Of a DNA stretch of 64,000 nt, positions 47,616-55,873 are shown piece after piece. The notes beneath the pieces were generated by a model. That model saw only the letters and a program-made list of their open reading frames with translations, was not told the DNA's origin and searched no databases. The DNA comes from a bacterium (GTDB lineage: Bacteria > Hinthialibacterota > Hinthialibacteria > Hinthialibacterales > Hinthialibacteraceae): NCBI GenBank assembly GCA_041946805.1, contig JBHGBC010000008.1:12004-76003 (forward strand), given 5' to 3'. A program made the translations under genes and the position numbers. Within the stretch, counting starts at the first letter, position 1. The number at the start of each line of letters is the position of its first letter.

Positions 47616-47943
47616 CGCCAATTTAACGAAAGGACCGTTGGAATTCTTGTCATTCCGCGGTTGGGCGGGTACGATATAGGGTGTTGTCAGCATGGTCCGG
47701 CATCTTGGGATCGCGAACCGGCCGCGGAGGGAAATCCGCCGCCAAAGCCTCTTCACTCCCCGTTGGACATTGGAATGGTCTCCTTGACGATCGCCCTGGG
47801 CTGCCCATGCGGAACACGTGTGATTCAATAGATCTACCGATTTTGTTGATTTTATGCTAAAGAAAGTCTTCTTCATCCGGGCGACAGAAAACATGATGAG
47901 CTTCATCCATCTTGTAATTTAAAAAATCGGGAGGTTCTGCTTC

Positions 47944-48519
47944 ATGTCCACGATGACACGCAACACAATCAAGGGAATCACGGTTCTGCTGGCCATGGCT
48001 TTGTTGCAGGGCGGCTGCGCGCGCACTCCGAAACAGCCCGCCGGCGCGCATGTGCGGGCGGAAAAAGGGATAGGCCAGCCGGGCACGGGAGGGGATTCAG
48101 GTTCCATCACCCGTCCGCCCATGGGCGGTTCGCCGCTGCCTCTTTCGAAGCTGCCGGACGCGGGTGAGTTCCCCGGCCTGTGCGACCGCATCCACTTCGA
48201 TTACGACAAGTACGAAATCAAGTCCGAATTCACCCAGTGCCTGGATCAGATCGCCGCGTACATGAATCGCCATCCGGAATACGTGTTGCTGATCGAAGGC
48301 CACTGCGACGAGCGTGGAACCCCGGAATACAACCTGACGCTGGGTGAGAACCGCGCCCAGGCCGCCGCCCACTACCTGCTGCAACGCGGCTTGCCCGCCG
48401 AGCGCGTGGTGACCAAGTCGCTGGGTGAATCGCAACCGCTGGCCATGGGACACGACGAAAGCGCCTGGCGCCTCAACCGCCGCTGCGAATTCTTCGGCGT
48501 TCCCAGCGCCGGCCGGTAA
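47944..48519 (+). CDS. pal: peptidoglycan-associated lipoprotein (OmpA-family C-terminal domain)
   Basis: Leader ...LLQGGCAR. OmpA_C block IHFDYDKYEI...LLIEGHCDERGTPEYNLTLGENRAQA...LGESQP. Last gene of the tol cluster. Confidence 0.9.
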   Translation: MSTMTRNTIKGITVLLAMALLQGGCARTPKQPAGAHVRAEKGIGQPGTGGDSGSITRPPMGGSPLPLSKLPDAGEFPGLCDRIHFDYDKYEIKSEFTQCLDQIAAYMNRHPEYVLLIEGHCDERGTPEYNLTLGENRAQAAAHYLLQRGLPAERVVTKSLGESQPLAMGHDESAWRLNRRCEFFGVPSAGR

Positions 48520-48552
48520 GGATCATCTGAAATATCAAGTATGAGTCGAGCG

Positions 48553-48580
48553 GGCCGGGCCCCGATGCCCGGCCTGTTTT
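48553..48580 (+). terminator. rho-independent terminator after pal
   Basis: GGCCGGGC-cccgat-GCCCGGCC (perfect 8-bp GC stem) followed by TGTTTTC, 34 nt after the pal stop. Confidence 0.6.
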
Positions 48581-48769
48581 CGTGCGGGTCCCCCTCTCCT
48601 GCCTCTCCATCCACTCGCATTAATATATTTTACTTCATCAGTAATTCAATCAATTCAGCCACAATTATTTATGATATAAAAATTTTATTGATTATATAGT
48701 GGATTGGGATATAGTAATCCTCCGAAAGGGGTACATCATCACATCGAGAAGATCGTGGGGTGACGCGCC

Positions 48770-48970
48770 ATGAGCCAGTTCATCGGAAGGGCATTGACGG
48801 GAATGGCATTATTGATGGTGACGGGTTTTCAGGCATCGGATGCGGCGGAACCGTTGATCAAGGAGTTCGTGGACTTGATCCAGGAATACGGCACGGCGGA
48901 ATGGGTGGATGCGTATGGGCGGCCGGTGGGATTGGAGGGGCTGGGAAAAGCTGGGTGCAACGGCTCTTAA
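48770..48970 (+). CDS. small hypothetical protein with signal-like N-terminus
   Basis: 66-aa ORF in an AT-rich island. MSQFIGRALTGMALLMVTGFQASDA. No recognisable motif, so coding status is uncertain. Confidence 0.3.
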   Translation: MSQFIGRALTGMALLMVTGFQASDAAEPLIKEFVDLIQEYGTAEWVDAYGRPVGLEGLGKAGCNGS

Positions 48971-49212
48971 CGATGAATTGAAGGAAGACATCCTTGCCTT
49001 CGTCTTGGATTTAAGCGACTGGCGGGAGATGAAGTGCGGATCGTGCTGGCGATAAACGTGGTTCCCGCATATTCGAAAATGGGTGCCGAGGAATCGTGGC
49101 CGCCCAACGTGATCCCGGCGCAATGGACTTCGGCGCGGATTGTGGGCAGCGCGGAGACATACATGGGGCAGCCCCTTTCCTCGCTCGGTTCCAAGACGAT
49201 TTTCACTTTCAT
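48967..49212 (-). CDS. HicB-like antitoxin N-terminal similarity; possibly decayed
   Basis: From ATG 49212 the product reads MKVKIVLEPSEERGCPMYVSALP, which resembles the HicB/UPF0150 opening (..vvLEp.eeGGy.v.vPaLPG). The rest of the frame loses similarity. No HicA partner seen. Confidence 0.25.
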   Translation of the reverse strand: MKVKIVLEPSEERGCPMYVSALPTIRAEVHCAGITLGGHDSSAPIFEYAGTTFIASTIRTSSPASRLNPRRRQGCLPSIHR

Positions 49213-49372
49213 GTCATACGCTCCCGCATGGGGGGATTGATTCGCGCATCGAATTCGATGCATGAAATACCGCCGCCGGCCCGCGATCACCTCCTCCCCC
49301 CGGGATGGTTTATTGTATCATCGAATAGAGAAAACTTGTTCCGTGCGGCGGGCAATCCCGCGCGGAGGGAAG

Positions 49373-52300
49373 ATGGAACCATACACATGGGAGTGGATCA
49401 ATCACATGAAGCGGAAAATCTTTTCAACCATTTTCATTTCCTTTTTTCTGGCAACTTGCTTGCTTGATCCCGTGGAACAGCCGGCTTGGCCGCAATCGCC
49501 GAATCCATCCCCGTTCACGGAACCAGCCGCGGTGCAATTGACTCAAAACACCGCCATCCTTCCGCTGTATGAAGTCTTCGAAATCACGTTGGCCCAAGAC
49601 CATCGTTACATGAATCCCTTTTTCGACGTGACCATCACCGTGGATTTCATCTCTCCCGGCGGGCGGAGCATTTCCATCGGCGGATTCTATTACGGCCCCG
49701 CGGATCATGCCGAGGGATCGCCGGGGACGGAGACATGGAAAGCCCGGTTCGCCCCCGCCGAGGCGGGTGAGTGGGCCTTCGCCTACCGCTTTGAGGGAAA
49801 GGGAGGGATTCACGCTACCGGTTCCGGCAAATTCACCGCGGTGAAAGGGAAAAATCCCCAACCCGGCTTCGTCCGCCGGCATCCAACCAATCCTTTCCGC
49901 TGGATCTTCGAGAACGGTGAACCGTACCACCCCATCGGCGTGCAGGATTGTTGGGGTGATAACAATGACAACGGCTCGGTGCTGGACCAGGCCTCCATGG
50001 AAGGCCCGTTCCGCCTGGACGCGAAGAAACCCGCTCCTATGCCGCCCGGCCCGTTATTCATCCGCGGCCCCGCCAACAATCCCCAGAACGGCGATGTGTA
50101 TTTCCGGCAATTCGCGCGCGCCGGCTTCAACCTGTACCGCTTCTCCCAGCAAAATTGCTCGTTTTCCTTGATGGACGGATGGGATCATTATCTCGTCAAG
50201 GAAGCCCGCATGGCCGATGAACTGCTGCGCCGCGCGCGGAAATACGGCTTCCGGATTCTTTACGGCTTGTTCGGCTATCAACCCGTCTTCAACGAGAATC
50301 CCGGCGATCCGGCCGGCATGGAACAAGTGAAGCGTTTCACGAAATATAGCGTGGACCGCTGGGGCGCTTACGTGGATTTCTGGGAGTTTCTCAATGAACA
50401 GAAGGCGAGTGACCAGTGGTACGCCGCGATGGCGCCCTATCTGCGGTCCATCGATCCCTACCGCCATCCCATCACCACCAGCTGGGAACACCCCGAGCTG
50501 CCCGGCATCGAGATCAACGCGCCGCATTGGTATCAAAACGAAAACGAATTGGAATCCGACCGGATAATCGCTGACCGGGCCCAGGAGTGGAAGCGCTTCA
50601 ACAAGCCGGTGATCGTGGATGAACAGGGAAATTACATTGACACCCAACAACCCATCCCTCCCGGTGTGGGCGGCGTTTGGGACGAGCGTTCCGCCTTGCG
50701 GATGCGGATCCGCTGCTGGACGGCCTTTTTTAACGAGATCGCCTTTGTGTTTTGGAACACCAGCTACGCCCGCGACGGCCATTTCATGAACATCTGGCTG
50801 GGGCCCAAGGAACGGGAGTATGTCCACGCCCTGCAAAGCTTCGCCGGTGCCCTCGGCGGCGATCTCCGCATGGTCCCGGTGACGGTTTCGGCTCCCGGCG
50901 CGGCGCGCGCCTACGGCCTGGCTTCCTCGGAGCGGACGGGGGTGTATTTGCATCATTTCGGCAATCACACAGAGCCGCTGAAGGGCTTGAAGATCACCAT
51001 GGATATTCCCCGGGCGGCCACGGGCTATTGGTACGTTCCCGAAACCGCGGCTATTGCTGGAACCATCGCGGTGGCCACGGGCGCGAACACAATCGATGTG
51101 CCGGAATTCATCGTGGACCTCGCGTTGCTGATCACTCCCGGCCCCGCGCCCGACATCGATGGTGACGGTGTCCCCAACGGCCGCGATACGGACAACGATG
51201 AAGACGGCATTGCGAACGCGGAGGACGCATTTCCCTTGGAAACCGAGGAATGGGCCGATCAGGACGCCGATTGGATCGGGGACAACCAGGACGCCGACGA
51301 TAACGGTGACGGGACCGGGGATGACATAAACCGGAACGGAACGCCCGATTTCCAGGAGTTGGACTTCGACGGCGACGGGGTAGACCAGGCGAATGCGATT
51401 CCCTGGGACGCGTTTCCCTGGAATCCGGCCGAATGGCGCGATACGGACAGCGACGGAACCGGCGACAACGCCGACCTCGATGACGACGGGGACGGTTGGA
51501 GCGACGCCGAGGAACACCGGGCGGGGACCGATCTATTAAATGTATTGAGTTTTCCCGTGAATTCAGGCGTTTCGGATCAATTAAACCTGGTTAAGACTGA
51601 ACCGCCCAAGCGGTTGTATCCCCAGCCGAAGATCCCCGTGTTTTGGAAATCCACGGTGGAAGATGTGGCCGCCGCGGTGAACGCGGTCCAGCGGGGATCC
51701 GGGGAGATCATCGCCTACACTCCCGGCGGCCGCCCGGTGTACAAGGTGTCCTACGGCCAACGCGCCGATTTCCACTCGCAGGCCAACTACAACTCGGCGG
51801 CGGGCGCGGGCGATCCCGCCTTCTATGCCCGCAAAGCCGCGGATACCCCGCCGGTGGTGTTTCTCATCGGACCGGTCCATGGTCAGGAGGTCGAAGGCGT
51901 CGCCGGCATGGTGAATCTCCTCCGTGTGGCTGAAACCGGCAAGGATTGGCGGGACAAGGCTTGGCCGGACCTGCGCGCGGCCCTGGACCGTTGCCGGGTG
52001 GTGATCGTCCCCCTGCCCAATCCCGACGGCCGGGCGCGGTGCCCGTACGACTCGTTCATCGGCCTTTCCGGTGAGGAAATGACCCGCATCGGGCAGGGTA
52101 CCCGGAAAGACGGCACGCTTTACCGATGGCCAGGGGTGAAAGCGATCCACCCCATGCGGGGCGATGTCGGGTTCCTGGGCGCGTATTTCAACGACGCGGG
52201 GATCAACCTGATGCACGACGAGTTCTTCGCGCCCATGGCCGAAGAGACCCGGGCGCTGCTGAATATCGCCCTCGACGAAGCGCCTGATTACATTTTGAAC

Positions 52301-52678
52301 CTACACTCTCATGAATCCCCGCCGGCCGTTCTACCCACCAGCTATGCGCCCTTCTACACCAAGGAAACGATCGCCCGCTTCGGGGAACGGCTGATGGCCC
52401 GCTACCGGAACGCCGGCCTGCCCGCCGGCGAGCCGCCGGTTCCCGCCGGGGACGGAAAGCGCTATCCTCCCCCCTCGTTCAATCTCACCTCCGCGCTGCA
52501 TCACGTGTGCGGGGGAGTCTCCATGACCTTCGAATGCTCCCATGGCGTGCGGGACGCGGGCTATCCCCAGGTCACCCATGATCAAATCCTGGATATCCAA
52601 TTGATCCTGTACGAGGAATTGCTGGCCTTCGCGCTGGAAACCCCGCGCCCGGTTCTGTCCGAAGCGAACGGGAATTGA
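49373..52678 (+). CDS. secreted multidomain protein: DUF5060/GH-like N-terminal region, Asp-rich thrombospondin-type-3-like Ca-binding repeats, M14 metallocarboxypeptidase-like domain
   Basis: Signal MKRKIFSTIFISFFLATCLL. N-terminal Ig-like block (YEVFEITL...WKARFAPAEAGEWAF). 51150-51535 encode DxDxDG-type repeats (DIDGDGVPNGRDTDNDEDGI...DSDGTGDNADLDDDGDGWSD). C-terminal HGQE (51878-51889), NPDGR and NLHSHES motifs. Start at 49373 (GGAGG RBS) or 49406. Confidence 0.82.
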   Translation: MEPYTWEWINHMKRKIFSTIFISFFLATCLLDPVEQPAWPQSPNPSPFTEPAAVQLTQNTAILPLYEVFEITLAQDHRYMNPFFDVTITVDFISPGGRSISIGGFYYGPADHAEGSPGTETWKARFAPAEAGEWAFAYRFEGKGGIHATGSGKFTAVKGKNPQPGFVRRHPTNPFRWIFENGEPYHPIGVQDCWGDNNDNGSVLDQASMEGPFRLDAKKPAPMPPGPLFIRGPANNPQNGDVYFRQFARAGFNLYRFSQQNCSFSLMDGWDHYLVKEARMADELLRRARKYGFRILYGLFGYQPVFNENPGDPAGMEQVKRFTKYSVDRWGAYVDFWEFLNEQKASDQWYAAMAPYLRSIDPYRHPITTSWEHPELPGIEINAPHWYQNENELESDRIIADRAQEWKRFNKPVIVDEQGNYIDTQQPIPPGVGGVWDERSALRMRIRCWTAFFNEIAFVFWNTSYARDGHFMNIWLGPKEREYVHALQSFAGALGGDLRMVPVTVSAPGAARAYGLASSERTGVYLHHFGNHTEPLKGLKITMDIPRAATGYWYVPETAAIAGTIAVATGANTIDVPEFIVDLALLITPGPAPDIDGDGVPNGRDTDNDEDGIANAEDAFPLETEEWADQDADWIGDNQDADDNGDGTGDDINRNGTPDFQELDFDGDGVDQANAIPWDAFPWNPAEWRDTDSDGTGDNADLDDDGDGWSDAEEHRAGTDLLNVLSFPVNSGVSDQLNLVKTEPPKRLYPQPKIPVFWKSTVEDVAAAVNAVQRGSGEIIAYTPGGRPVYKVSYGQRADFHSQANYNSAAGAGDPAFYARKAADTPPVVFLIGPVHGQEVEGVAGMVNLLRVAETGKDWRDKAWPDLRAALDRCRVVIVPLPNPDGRARCPYDSFIGLSGEEMTRIGQGTRKDGTLYRWPGVKAIHPMRGDVGFLGAYFNDAGINLMHDEFFAPMAEETRALLNIALDEAPDYILNLHSHESPPAVLPTSYAPFYTKETIARFGERLMARYRNAGLPAGEPPVPAGDGKRYPPPSFNLTSALHHVCGGVSMTFECSHGVRDAGYPQVTHDQILDIQLILYEELLAFALETPRPVLSEANGN

Positions 52679-52695
52679 TGTTGCCTCTGAGCCCT

Positions 52696-52771
52696 GGATC
52701 CCCGCTTTCGCGGGGATGACATCCTGGGATCGGAACATAGGATGGGTTAGCGGGTCGCGCGTAACCCATCC
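52696..52771. repeat. hairpin repeat modules D and E
   Basis: ggatccccgctttcgcggggatgacatcc, then ggatgggttagcgggtcgcgcgtaacccatcc. Confidence 0.8.
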
Positions 52772-52851
52772 ATATCCGAACCGCCCTCTCAGGACTTCCC
52801 CGCCTTCTCGGATATGCGCCGGATTTTTTTTGTGTGGATGAAAAAAATCTC

Positions 52852-52880
52852 TTGACAGGGTCCTCCCTCCCGGTTATTAT
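52852..52880 (+). promoter_or_regulatory. candidate sigma70 promoter (TTGACA-N17-TATTAT)
   Basis: Consensus -35 at 52852-52857, an exact 17-nt spacer and TATTAT at 52875-52880. Preceded by an A/T-tract inverted repeat (gattttttt..aaaaaaatc). Lies 67 nt upstream of ATG 52947. Confidence 0.5.
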
Positions 52881-52891
52881 CATTGCAGATC

Positions 52892-52908
52892 AGTTTGCAA
52901 TACAAACT
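52892..52908. promoter_or_regulatory. candidate operator, 6-bp perfect inverted repeat just downstream of the promoter
   Basis: AGTTTG-caata-CAAACT. GTTTGC also recurs directly at 52894 and 52910. The operon encodes its own wHTH regulator. Confidence 0.3.
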
Positions 52909-52946
52909 TGTTTGCTTATATCGGAATCGAAACGGAGGCCCTTCCC

Positions 52947-53600
52947 ATGCCGCGCTTCTTGAATCTCGGCGACTTCGAACGCCGCGCCAACCAGGCCCTC
53001 TTCCAAGACGGCCTGACCGAAATCTTCGTGGGCTTGTTCCTGCTCCTGGCCGGCGCGCTGCTGTGTGTGCATCCCCTTCTCGTCATCCTGTCCTGGCTGG
53101 CCGCGTATGGCTTGGCGCGGCTCATCGAACCGGTCAAGCGCCGCTATATCTACCCCCGCATGGGATTCGCGGCAGTCCCCGCCGAAAAGCAAACCCGGTT
53201 CCGTGATATTGTGGGTGTGACGGCTCTCTTACTCCTGCCCTTGGTGGCGTGCATTCCGGCGTTTCGTTGGCTCCTGGGTGCGGAACCAGGCTGGAATTTC
53301 TGGTCGAACCGTTTTCTCCCCGTGTTCTTCGGCGGCTTGCTGGCCATCGGCCCTGTGTCGCTGGCCGTGAAGTTCGGCATCCGCCGCTGGTATGGATACG
53401 GCGCGGCCGCCGTACTCTCCGGCATCCTTGTGCCCTTCCTGGATCTGGAGTCCTATTTGGACATCCTAGCCATCCAGATCCTCCTGCTGGGCGCGTTATT
53501 CCTGCCCGCCGGGCTGACGCTCTTCACCCGCTTTGTTTGGACCCATCCGGCCGAGGGGCGGGATATCCCGGAAGAGGAGGCTCCCCGTGGCCGCGAGTAA
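52947..53600 (+). CDS. polytopic membrane protein of unknown function
   Basis: ATG 52947 is preceded by GGAGG (52934-52938). About 6 TM segments. The ORF-track start 52908 is a TTG inside the inverted repeat. Confidence 0.7.
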   Translation: MPRFLNLGDFERRANQALFQDGLTEIFVGLFLLLAGALLCVHPLLVILSWLAAYGLARLIEPVKRRYIYPRMGFAAVPAEKQTRFRDIVGVTALLLLPLVACIPAFRWLLGAEPGWNFWSNRFLPVFFGGLLAIGPVSLAVKFGIRRWYGYGAAAVLSGILVPFLDLESYLDILAIQILLLGALFLPAGLTLFTRFVWTHPAEGRDIPEEEAPRGRE

Positions 53601-53916
53601 AAAACCGAAAGAGACCCGGCCGGAAATCACCGAAATCGACCGCATGGTCCACGAACCGGGCCGCCTGATTATTTTGGCTGTGCTGCACGCGGTGGAAAGC
53701 GCGGACTTCCTGTTCGTGATGCGCCAGACCGGCCTGACGCGCGGCAACCTCTCCTCCCACATGAGCAAACTGGAGTCAGCGGGATACATCGAAGTGAAGA
53801 AGGAATTCGTAGACAAGATTCCCCGCACCCTGCTGCGCTTGACAACCAAAGGCCGCCAGGCGTTCGAAGCCTATCGCGCCCGGATCCAGGGCCTCCTGCG
53901 CCTCGAGGACGCCTGA
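53587..53916 (+). CDS. winged-helix transcriptional regulator (ArsR-like, HTH_34 type)
   Basis: GTG 53587 follows GAGGAGG and overlaps the upstream gene by 14 nt. IDRMVHEPGRLIILAVLHAVESADFLFVMRQTGLTRGNLSSHMSKLESAGYIEVKK matches the family pattern iHeP.RL.i...L....a.F..l....glt.GNLs.Hl..Le.aGYv. Confidence 0.8.
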   Translation: MAASKKPKETRPEITEIDRMVHEPGRLIILAVLHAVESADFLFVMRQTGLTRGNLSSHMSKLESAGYIEVKKEFVDKIPRTLLRLTTKGRQAFEAYRARIQGLLRLEDA

Positions 53917-53953
53917 CCGGCGCGTCCGGGAGAAGATCCGTGGCCGTAACGGT

Positions 53954-54102
53954 TTACCCGAATGCGGAATGTTCTCGATTCTTTGTTCGTAGTGCGAGCA
54001 TAGAAATCATCGCGAGACGATTTCCTCTCCCTCTGGGAGAGGATCAGGGTGAGGGAAGCCCGGAGAGGGCGGAATTCATCTTTACTCTGCAAACGAGTAA
54101 GC
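53954..54102 (-). repeat. mosaic repeat, long form, reverse orientation
   Basis: ttacccgaatgcggaatgttctc ... tttcctctccctctgggagaggatcagggtgagggaagcccggagagggcggaattcatctttactctgcaaacgagtaagc. This is the reverse complement of the form at 17547-17698. Confidence 0.85.
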
Positions 54103-54207
54103 AGGTTCTCGAAGCTTTTCCGGAGAAAAGGGAAGCGGAAACCGCTGCCTGAATGAAAACTGGAACCTGGAAGGATCCCATTCCGTATAAGTCAGTGAAG
54201 GAGGCCG

Positions 54208-55782
54208 ATGCCCATCATGAGTATCCCTGAAAGAAAACCATCCATCTCATGCCGGCCATTTACGTATCTCATCATGCTGACGTTGTGCGCCGGTATGTTT
54301 ATGTTGCCACGTGGGGCGCCCGCCCAAACCGCCGTCGCCTTTCCGCCGGACACGCCCGAGAACCAGGGCCTGTCTTCCGCGGCGCTGCATGAACTGGCGG
54401 GTGAAATCCAGCAGTACCTGGACGAAGATAGCATTCTGGGGGCGGAATTCCTGGTCATCAAAAACCGCCGGACCGTGTTTCATGAAGTGTTTGGTTGGAA
54501 AGACCGGGACGATCAAACACCCATGGAGCGCAACACGCTTTTCAACATCCGGTCCATGACCAAGCCGGTCACCGGCGCGGCGGCGCAGATCCTGATCGAT
54601 GAAGGCCGCCTGAGCCTCGAGGATCCCGTGTCCACGTATATCCCCGGTTTTCTCAACGGCCGTTCGGCCGAGGCGACGATCGACCAGCTACTCACTCACC
54701 GGAGCGGATTGCCCTTGTCGATTTTGACCCGGCTGGACGAATATTCCTCTCTTTATGACATGGCTAACGCCATTGGCGAGAAAGGCCCGCAGTTCAGCCC
54801 GGGAACCAAATTCTGGTACAGCGACGCGGGCAGCGAAGCCCTGGGCGCGGTGGGGGAAGTGGCCTCGGGCATGGGCTTGGAAGCCTTCGTGAATCAGCGG
54901 CTGCTCGGGCCGTTGGGGATGAGTGATTCGTTTTACCAAATGCCGGCGGACGATCCCCGGTGGGAACGCGTGGCCAGTGATTATGCGAGCAGCCAGGGCG
55001 AGTGGATACGCTTCTACAAGCCGGGGGGAAAATCCATGTATCCCTTCGCCTGGGGCTCGCAGAGCCTCTACTCCACGCCCGCGGATTACGCCAAGTTTTT
55101 GGCTATGTGGATGGACCGGGGCCTGGCGTTGAACGGGCAACGTATCCTCTCCGCGGACGCCGTCACACGGACCCTCGCGCCCGTGTCCGCCATGACCCAA
55201 TTGAACTCGAACGCGCCCATGCCCTCGGGTTTCCCCGGCCTGAATGTGTTTTACGGCCGGCTGGCGATCGTGTATATGGAGCGCGCCGCTTCCTCACCCC
55301 AAAACCCCATCGTCATCGGCCACAGCGGCTCGGACGGAACCTGGGCGTGGGCTTGGCCGGAGTTGGACCTGATCGTCCTATACTTCACCCAGTCGCGGGG
55401 AACGATTTCGGGAATCCGGCTGGAGACCGTGATCGACCAGAAACTCATCCATCCCTCGGGTAGCGGCACGATCCCGAAAGAGCAAAAACCGTACCTGGGA
55501 AACTACCTGGCCAACTACGGCCCCTTCCAGAATGCCGAATTCAAGGTCGTCTCCGTGAACGGCTTTCTGATGCTCGACATCCCCACCCAGATCATTTTCG
55601 AACTGCGGGAACCCGATTCGCGAGGGGTTTGGAAATTCGTCCTGGATGGCAACATGGGAATCTCCTTTGTTGAAGACAATACGGGAACCGTCACCGGTTT
55701 GCGGTTTCAGGAGTATGGCTCCACGGCCTATATGCCCAAAATTCAAGAAACCCCGGTGGCGGATTGGATTCTGCTGGAGTAA
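54208..55782 (+). CDS. secreted serine hydrolase of the beta-lactamase / penicillin-binding-protein-like family (PF00144 type) with C-terminal beta domain
   Basis: SxxK nucleophile motif (RSMTKPVTG), a YSD (Y-x-N position) motif and HSGSDGT (K/H-T/S-G position). Signal peptide. GAAGGAGG RBS. Confidence 0.85.
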   Translation: MPIMSIPERKPSISCRPFTYLIMLTLCAGMFMLPRGAPAQTAVAFPPDTPENQGLSSAALHELAGEIQQYLDEDSILGAEFLVIKNRRTVFHEVFGWKDRDDQTPMERNTLFNIRSMTKPVTGAAAQILIDEGRLSLEDPVSTYIPGFLNGRSAEATIDQLLTHRSGLPLSILTRLDEYSSLYDMANAIGEKGPQFSPGTKFWYSDAGSEALGAVGEVASGMGLEAFVNQRLLGPLGMSDSFYQMPADDPRWERVASDYASSQGEWIRFYKPGGKSMYPFAWGSQSLYSTPADYAKFLAMWMDRGLALNGQRILSADAVTRTLAPVSAMTQLNSNAPMPSGFPGLNVFYGRLAIVYMERAASSPQNPIVIGHSGSDGTWAWAWPELDLIVLYFTQSRGTISGIRLETVIDQKLIHPSGSGTIPKEQKPYLGNYLANYGPFQNAEFKVVSVNGFLMLDIPTQIIFELREPDSRGVWKFVLDGNMGISFVEDNTGTVTGLRFQEYGSTAYMPKIQETPVADWILLE

Positions 55783-55873
55783 GGGGATGCGACCGCCGGT
55801 GGAGTGGTCCCGGTGGTTTGGGCATCATTTCTACATGACCTTAGGCATTGATTTGGATTAAGTTAAGTATAGT

